A DNA stretch of 64,000 nt. It comes from Pseudomonas phage PhiPA3. Numbering within the stretch: position 1 is the stretch's first letter; every line of letters starts with the position of its first letter. The position numbers and the translations under genes were made by a program. Positions 58,327 through 64,000 of this stretch are shown here, one piece after another. The DNA is taken from sequence record HQ630627.1; one strand, given 5' to 3'. Under the pieces are notes generated by a model. The model was not told the origin of the DNA. It did no database searches and saw only the letters and a program-made list of their open reading frames with translations.

Positions 58327-59607
58327 ATGGCACTTGAACAACAACCGCCGTGCAACGTCAATGACGAGCTGGCCGATACTATCATTGAACCCAATGATGA
58401 AATCATCGAAGACTCCAGCGATTTCGTGAATGTGGATCCTGAAGTAGAAGTACTGAACGATGAGGCTGAAGAACTTGCTTCGGTTAATGAAGCTCTGGAA
58501 GCTTATTCGGTACTTCTGAAGCAAGCCGGTGAGAAAGGCATTAACCGACAGACTGCTGCCATCATGGCAGTAGGTATGCGGAACATTGACCGTAAACTGG
58601 GTTTTGATAATCCTGGTTTTGGTTTGGAAGAATTTAACTCAGCTACGCCGCGTGATGGTCGTCAACAGGTAGTTATCTCCATTGAAGACATCAAAGAACG
58701 TGGTAAAGTGCTGTTTGAAAAACTTAAAGAGTTTTTCAACAAGCTCATGGCGGTGGCTAAACAGGTTTGGGAACGGGTTGCAGGTGCACGTGTTAAAACA
58801 GAACGTAAAGCACAATATCTGTTGACTGCTATTCCAAAATTCCCTGGATATCCTGGTGGTAAATTCCGTGGGGAAGTTCCACCTGTACCGGCTGGCGTCC
58901 GTTCTAATCTGCCGAATCTTGCCGATAACAGAAAAGAAGCTACAGACAAAGACAGTTTTGAAGTTGTGATCAATACCCCTGCGCCCGTGTTTGCAGATGG
59001 TAAAAATACCTACGATAACATCGATCGTGAAAAGCGATATATCAAACTGCTGTCTAATGGTCTTCCGCGGTTCTATCGTGATATCTTTGTAAAGGTTCGT
59101 GAAGTTATTCGTAGCGGTAATGACGATTCTGATCTGATGGTCTCCATTCTAGATTACGTTCATCGGGCTGCTGAACTCGTATTGAAGACTGGTCTGGCTG
59201 GCGAATCACTGCCGGGTAATCGGCAGTTAGTCTGGGATAAAGAAGCCCTGAGTTTTGCACTGGTAGAATCTGACGGGACTGTTCCAGAAAGCATTACTCT
59301 TGACCTGCGTCCGAATACCCGCCTTAAAGCACTGGCGAAAGATATTCACAGTTTCAGCGGTGAGCCATGGACAGCAGATCGTGAGAAAGCCATGAAAGAA
59401 GTTTCTGGTGATTATCAAGCCGTGGTTTCTGATCTCAACCGTGTCTTTGCAGATGATGTTGAACGTGCACAGAGACTGGCTGGGGCGATCATGACACTGA
59501 TGCAGAAAGTTTATAAGCCTGGGCTGTTTGCTAATGTTGAGGTCGCTGTCGTTCGCGCACTTTCCGCCAAGTTGGAAATTGTTGAAGCAGAACTTGCGAG
59601 CTACTAA
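58327..59607 (+). CDS. inner-body-like paralog 4
   Basis: acidic N-terminal propeptide then ALEAYSVLLKQAGEKGINRQTAAIMAVGMRNIDRKLG. Confidence 0.5.
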   Translation: MALEQQPPCNVNDELADTIIEPNDEIIEDSSDFVNVDPEVEVLNDEAEELASVNEALEAYSVLLKQAGEKGINRQTAAIMAVGMRNIDRKLGFDNPGFGLEEFNSATPRDGRQQVVISIEDIKERGKVLFEKLKEFFNKLMAVAKQVWERVAGARVKTERKAQYLLTAIPKFPGYPGGKFRGEVPPVPAGVRSNLPNLADNRKEATDKDSFEVVINTPAPVFADGKNTYDNIDREKRYIKLLSNGLPRFYRDIFVKVREVIRSGNDDSDLMVSILDYVHRAAELVLKTGLAGESLPGNRQLVWDKEALSFALVESDGTVPESITLDLRPNTRLKALAKDIHSFSGEPWTADREKAMKEVSGDYQAVVSDLNRVFADDVERAQRLAGAIMTLMQKVYKPGLFANVEVAVVRALSAKLEIVEAELASY

Positions 59608-59613
59608 ACATAT

Positions 59614-59638
59614 TGCCTCCCTTCGGGGAGGCTTTATG
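59614..59638 (+). terminator. hairpin gcctccc-ttcg-gggaggc followed by TTTATGCCGTCAATCCTATGTTTA
   Basis: UUCG-loop hairpin plus TATGC plus the CAATCCTATGTT box. Confidence 0.55.
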
Positions 59639-59675
59639 CCGTCAATCCTATGTTTAACACAATAGAGTCTTACTC

Positions 59676-60830
59676 ATGGATACTCGCCAAGACCCTCATA
59701 ACCGGCCAGATCTCAAGGATGCGCCGGACGAATTTGAACAACCAGATACGATCACTGATGACCATCTTGAACAGATCGACGAACTGGTTGCTATGCATCA
59801 TTCACTGGAGAACTATCTTAGCCACCTGGAAGCAGCTGGTCCTGATGGGTTATCTCGTCATGCAAAACGTGCCATGCAAATGGGGTTGAATCACATCGAC
59901 TCCAAACTTAATCGAATGACGTGTTCTCTGGAAGACAGTGAATCCACTGAAACCGATAACAGCAGTCTTGGTAACCGTATTAAAGAAATTGCTAAGCGGA
60001 TTTATCAGTTCATTCTAAAACTGATCGATCAAGCTAAGCAATATGCCAAGAAAGTTATTGGTGGTTCTGAACGCGTTAAGTCGAAAGCTGAAGAACTCCT
60101 GAAACAGATCCGTGATCGGACCAAACCAAAACCAGCTAATGAACTTCATAATGAAGCTTCTCATGTAACGGTCAATAGCCCAGGTATTTTGTTTGCAGAT
60201 GGTCATTTCTGTTTGGCTGAATGCCGTACTGAACAGGAAATTATTAAGTTCTTCCTACAAACGTATCCTCAATACACCAAAGACCAAATCAACAAACTCA
60301 CTAAGGCTGTCAAGTCTTACGATGTTGAATCAGGGGATGTTCGCGAATATGAGTCTATCAGTGAATTTGTAGGCAAGCATGTCAGTCTGGTAGCGAGTAT
60401 TGCAGACAAAATTCTACCCGGTAATAAGAAGGTCGAATTCAGGTATACCGCGTTAGGTCCATATTTGGGTGATGCAGATGCCAAAGATGCTCCAAGTGAA
60501 TATTCATTTGAAGCACGTCATCGGGCAGCTATCGAAGACACTTTGAAGCAAAACATTGCTACAATGAATGCCGTCGCTAAACTGTTAAAAGCTGAAGCTA
60601 GTATTCTGGATGAGATGCGTGAGCTTAGTCAACAGCTCATGGGTCTGCAAAATCGTCGTGGTGAAACAGTGTGGCGATCTGCACGGGAAGCACTGGATAA
60701 AGTCTGTACGGATAGCATGGAGCTGTTCCAGCGTATTCGTCCTGATTACGGCCCTATCTCCGCTCATCTAACTCGGATTGGGAAAGCGCGTAACGACGTC
60801 TGCGAGCTCGAACTGAAAGCACACCAGTAA
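59676..60830 (+). CDS. inner-body-like paralog 5
   Basis: acidic N-terminus then SLENYLSHLEAAGPDGLSRHAKRAMQMGLNHID. Confidence 0.5.
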   Translation: MDTRQDPHNRPDLKDAPDEFEQPDTITDDHLEQIDELVAMHHSLENYLSHLEAAGPDGLSRHAKRAMQMGLNHIDSKLNRMTCSLEDSESTETDNSSLGNRIKEIAKRIYQFILKLIDQAKQYAKKVIGGSERVKSKAEELLKQIRDRTKPKPANELHNEASHVTVNSPGILFADGHFCLAECRTEQEIIKFFLQTYPQYTKDQINKLTKAVKSYDVESGDVREYESISEFVGKHVSLVASIADKILPGNKKVEFRYTALGPYLGDADAKDAPSEYSFEARHRAAIEDTLKQNIATMNAVAKLLKAEASILDEMRELSQQLMGLQNRRGETVWRSAREALDKVCTDSMELFQRIRPDYGPISAHLTRIGKARNDVCELELKAHQ

Positions 60831-60894
60831 CCAATTCTATGGTTATTTACGAAGTCATCATCGCGCGATGATCTAACCTCTAGAGGAATTAATA

Positions 60895-62403
60895 ATGTCC
60901 AGTGCATTGCAACGCTACCTGAGTCAGGAAGAGTACGACGAAGCTCCCGTACCGACTGATGTGGTAGTTGAAGGCGGCGATTCTGCTATCGACGCCCAAG
61001 AAGTAGAAGTAATTGCCGGTCCGACGCCGGCAGTTGTAGAGGGAGCTATCGAGCCGACGCCGATCACTGAAGTTCTCCCCGAACCGACTCCGGCTCCACT
61101 ACCTGAAACACCTGCTGTTGTGACTAACACCGAAATGACCCCTGTTGCTGAAGTTACCACTGACATCCCTGCTGGGGCCGAACAAGAAGTCGATATCGCT
61201 GTCGATCAAGGTCTACCGCCGACTGGCGAAGAGATCCTCGACGTTGAAGCTGCTGTTGATAATGACAGTACTTTGCCGATGATGGACCACAGTCAGATTG
61301 AACAAACCATCATCGCCAACCAAGTTGACGATATGATCGAAGTTCAGCAATCGATGGAAGCTTATGCTGCTCTGCTGAAACAAACCGGTCTGGAAGGTAT
61401 CTCTCAGCAAACCGCAGCATTCCTGCGGGTGGGTCTGAAAGATGCTGAACGCAAATTGGGTGTTACGGGCCTGGTTGCCGGTCTGGAATCTTACGACGCT
61501 ACACCGCGCTCAGCTATTCAGAAAGCTACTGTATCCACAGAAGACCTGAAGGCATATGCCAAGCAGGCATTCGAGAAAGTGATGGAGCTTATCCGTAAAC
61601 TACTCGCTGCTATCGCCTCTGGTTTTGAAAGCCTTATGTCAGGTATTGTTGAAACTGAACACAAGCTTAATCTGCTGGAACAAGCAGCTGAGCAACTGCG
61701 TGGTAAAGAAGCACCGAATGCTGTTGTTCCACTGAATGATCCACTGTTGTTCGCCGGCACTAAGCTGAAATTCAAAGATACCAAATCTCTTTCGGGTCTG
61801 GCACATTTCAGTTCGTACGCCTATCCTGCCGCTGTGAAGAAATATTACGAAGGCCTGGGTACTCTGGTTAAGGGCTGGGATCCGATCAAGGGTAATGCCG
61901 ATGATCTGGTCGAGAAGCTGACTAGCGCCACCGCACCTCTGGACGATCTGTACAGCGATAATGAAATCCTGCCAGGTAATATGGTAATCGATATCGCTGC
62001 CGATGGCATTGTCTATGGCCTACGTAAAGATGAAACACAAGACGATCAGGTCAGTGGTAAGCTTACGGTTCGATCTGTTCCTGAGATCAAACAACACCTG
62101 AAGAAACTCTCGGACATCATCAAGATTAACAAAGCTGCTAAAGCGGAGCATGAGAAGATTGCTGAAGGTGCTAAGACCCTGACCGATGCAGGCAAAGCAC
62201 TGGAAGCAAAACTGGGTAGCGCTGAACTGGATCCGAGTTCCAAGGCTGAGATTCAGAAAGTACTTAACACTATCGCTGATCTGGTTCGTACTTCTAACCC
62301 GCGTAGCAAACAGATCACCCACTACGTCATCCGTGTAGTGAGTGCACATCTGAAAGTGATCAAAGCTGAACTGTCCAGCTACACCAAGAAAACTGGTGAA
62401 TAA
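60895..62403 (+). CDS. inner-body-like paralog 6 (long acidic, proline-rich N-terminal propeptide)
   Basis: SMEAYAALLKQTGLEGISQQTAAFLRVGLKDAERKLG...ESYDATPRSA; AGAGG RBS. Confidence 0.5.
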   Translation: MSSALQRYLSQEEYDEAPVPTDVVVEGGDSAIDAQEVEVIAGPTPAVVEGAIEPTPITEVLPEPTPAPLPETPAVVTNTEMTPVAEVTTDIPAGAEQEVDIAVDQGLPPTGEEILDVEAAVDNDSTLPMMDHSQIEQTIIANQVDDMIEVQQSMEAYAALLKQTGLEGISQQTAAFLRVGLKDAERKLGVTGLVAGLESYDATPRSAIQKATVSTEDLKAYAKQAFEKVMELIRKLLAAIASGFESLMSGIVETEHKLNLLEQAAEQLRGKEAPNAVVPLNDPLLFAGTKLKFKDTKSLSGLAHFSSYAYPAAVKKYYEGLGTLVKGWDPIKGNADDLVEKLTSATAPLDDLYSDNEILPGNMVIDIAADGIVYGLRKDETQDDQVSGKLTVRSVPEIKQHLKKLSDIIKINKAAKAEHEKIAEGAKTLTDAGKALEAKLGSAELDPSSKAEIQKVLNTIADLVRTSNPRSKQITHYVIRVVSAHLKVIKAELSSYTKKTGE

Positions 62404-62409
62404 TCATAA

Positions 62410-62439
62410 CGACGGGGCTCTTCGGAGTCCCGTCTTATG
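62410..62439 (+). terminator. hairpin gacggggctc-ttcg-gagtcccgtc followed by TTATGC
   Basis: UUCG-loop hairpin plus TATGC. Confidence 0.55.
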
Positions 62440-62451
62440 CTAGGAGTTGTT

Positions 62452-63582
62452 ATGTCGATTGAACTCGATCTGGATACACCGATTATTAAACAACCGATCG
62501 CTGAACCAGACTACAATAATGTTACTGCTGAAAAGCTGTCTGAACTCATGGAGACCTCTCCGGAGATTGCCGCTAAGATCATCGAACTGATGGGCAGTAA
62601 TGAGGCGTATGCTGAATACAAACACGCACTAAGACAAACTTTAAGCCTCGATGTGAGTACTGAGGATTTCAAAGAAGAGTTCGCCAAACTACTCGACCGA
62701 ATTCTGGCCTTCTTAAAAGCGATGGCTAAGGATCTGTTCGACGGTACCGCCGGGATGGCGTTGACCATGGAACGTATTATGTTGCGTGCTGATCGGCTGC
62801 AAACAGATGCGCGTTCGGTAGCACGTCGTGATAAAGCAACTACGTTCAAGATCAATACTCGAATACAGAACCTGTGTGTGCGTTATCGTCCTATCACTGA
62901 AGTGCAGGGATTGTTCTCCGCACTGCGTAATCTGGACATTGTGGCTCGTACCTACTACGAATTCCAGAACAGTCAAATGCTTTCGGCTAGCCTCCGTATT
63001 CCCAACGTTATTAACAACGAAGGAGAACTAGCAAATGTCATTGAAACAATTATGTCCGTTAATCCTGTCGGGATGGCTGCCAATAATCAGTTGTTCCGTC
63101 ATAGCGGATACCGTCATGAAAGTATCCACCTCCTTGGTAACCGCCAATTGGTCGTGGTTGACAAACGCCCTGACGGCGGTCAAGTCGATCGTCTCTTAGG
63201 GATTGAAGTAAAGCTGGATGATTCTGAACGAGATCCCCTACCATTACCAGAAGAGATCACGTTCCAACGATTCTCCACTTCCATTGAAGTATCTTTGCTG
63301 CGTCAGGTAGTAAAGACTGCTGAGATGCTTAACCGAGCTAATAACCTTTCCACTCGTCATCGCCGCCGCGATCGTATTAATCAATTGACTGCGATTGTGA
63401 ACAAAGTGCGCGATAATCTCCAGACTGATCAACTAAGGGATGTGAGTGAGGATAGCTATAGGCTCTTCGTTCGGGTAATTGAAGCTTATATTGACTGGCT
63501 AGCGAATCCATACCTGGGGTTCATGGCGTTGTGTGCACGCGATCTCACGGCCATTTTGAATGTCTGTGAAGCCAATATTTAG
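62452..63582 (+). CDS. inner-body-like paralog 7
   Basis: AGGAG RBS; SNEAYAEYKHALRQTLS module start. Confidence 0.45.
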   Translation: MSIELDLDTPIIKQPIAEPDYNNVTAEKLSELMETSPEIAAKIIELMGSNEAYAEYKHALRQTLSLDVSTEDFKEEFAKLLDRILAFLKAMAKDLFDGTAGMALTMERIMLRADRLQTDARSVARRDKATTFKINTRIQNLCVRYRPITEVQGLFSALRNLDIVARTYYEFQNSQMLSASLRIPNVINNEGELANVIETIMSVNPVGMAANNQLFRHSGYRHESIHLLGNRQLVVVDKRPDGGQVDRLLGIEVKLDDSERDPLPLPEEITFQRFSTSIEVSLLRQVVKTAEMLNRANNLSTRHRRRDRINQLTAIVNKVRDNLQTDQLRDVSEDSYRLFVRVIEAYIDWLANPYLGFMALCARDLTAILNVCEANI

Positions 63583-63629
63583 ACCAATTATCTGAAACAC
63601 CGATTTAACCTGTACAGAAGGTATTCAAC

Positions 63630-64000
63630 ATGTTGAAAAGTCTGCACAAATACCTCGCCTCTGTCGAAGAATTCGACGAGACTGAAGGTACTCCGGCAGA
63701 GCCGCCCATGGCGGAAGAAGTGGATGCGACTGCGGTCACTACGTCTGCTGAACCGGAGGTTGATGTACAAGAGGCTGGGGACGATGTAGGTCAAGCTACC
63801 CCCACCGAAGAGATCGCTCCCGATGGCGATCTGGAAGTCGTAGAAGAGAAGCCTGTGGTTCCGGAGCCCATGGCTACTACAAACGAATCCACCGCCGTAG
63901 CAGAAGCTACTGCAATCGGAGAACAAAAACAGGCTGACGTCCAGAGTCTGGTAGACCAAGCTGAACAACTACAAGCCACATCCGCTGATATTGTCAGTGA
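63630..64000 (+). CDS. acidic N-terminus protein, 5' partial (runs off the window), probably another paralog
   Basis: GAAGG RBS; acidic EE/D-rich N-terminus like its paralogs; truncated by the window end. Confidence 0.4.
   Translation, partial: MLKSLHKYLASVEEFDETEGTPAEPPMAEEVDATAVTTSAEPEVDVQEAGDDVGQATPTEEIAPDGDLEVVEEKPVVPEPMATTNESTAVAEATAIGEQKQADVQSLVDQAEQLQATSADIVS

Noticed and set aside
1-64000. CRISPR arrays or other tandem direct-repeat arrays
   Set aside because: The only recurring short elements are dispersed intergenic hairpins (terminator/promoter elements), not regularly spaced repeat-spacer units.

Overview
This window reads as a core genome segment of a phiKZ-like (nucleus-forming, Chimalliviridae-type) jumbo phage. 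GC is about 50%, genes are densely packed, and most are on the + strand.

Recognisable content:
- Split multisubunit RNA polymerase pieces: the beta' N-terminal part (Zn finger and NADFDGD motif, 9970-11436), the beta C-terminal part (21811-24447, interrupted by a group I intron) and the beta' C-terminal part (24444-26420).
- A 627-aa protein directly upstream of the beta' N-terminal gene that looks very highly expressed, proposed to be the chimallin-like phage-nucleus shell protein (by analogy with phiKZ gp54-gp55).
- A family-B DNA polymerase split into an exonuclease part (42883-44709, minus strand, interrupted by a second group I intron that is homologous to the first) and a distant polymerase-domain gene (130-2283).
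- Replication and repair genes: an Mre11/SbcD-like nuclease, an SSB-like protein with an acidic tail, and an SF2 helicase.
- A free-standing GIY-YIG homing endonuclease with three tandem GIY-YIG modules, on DNA of distinct composition.
- Four tandem paralogous tail-fibre/receptor-binding genes, two of which carry Kelch-like beta-propellers. The fourth lies in a strongly AT-rich, apparently laterally acquired island.
- Five tandem small 2-TM membrane proteins.
- A run of at least seven paralogous acidic-N-terminus proteins resembling phiKZ inner-body / internal head proteins. Each carries an S/A-x-E protease-type site at the start of the conserved module.

Regulatory signals:
- At least 18 hairpins with a UUCG-type tetraloop, each followed by a conserved TTATGC. 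These are read as intrinsic terminators fused to phiKZ-type TATG late promoters.
- Four copies of an AGATCTATATCAYGG early-promoter-like motif.

No rRNA, tRNA or CRISPR array is evident.
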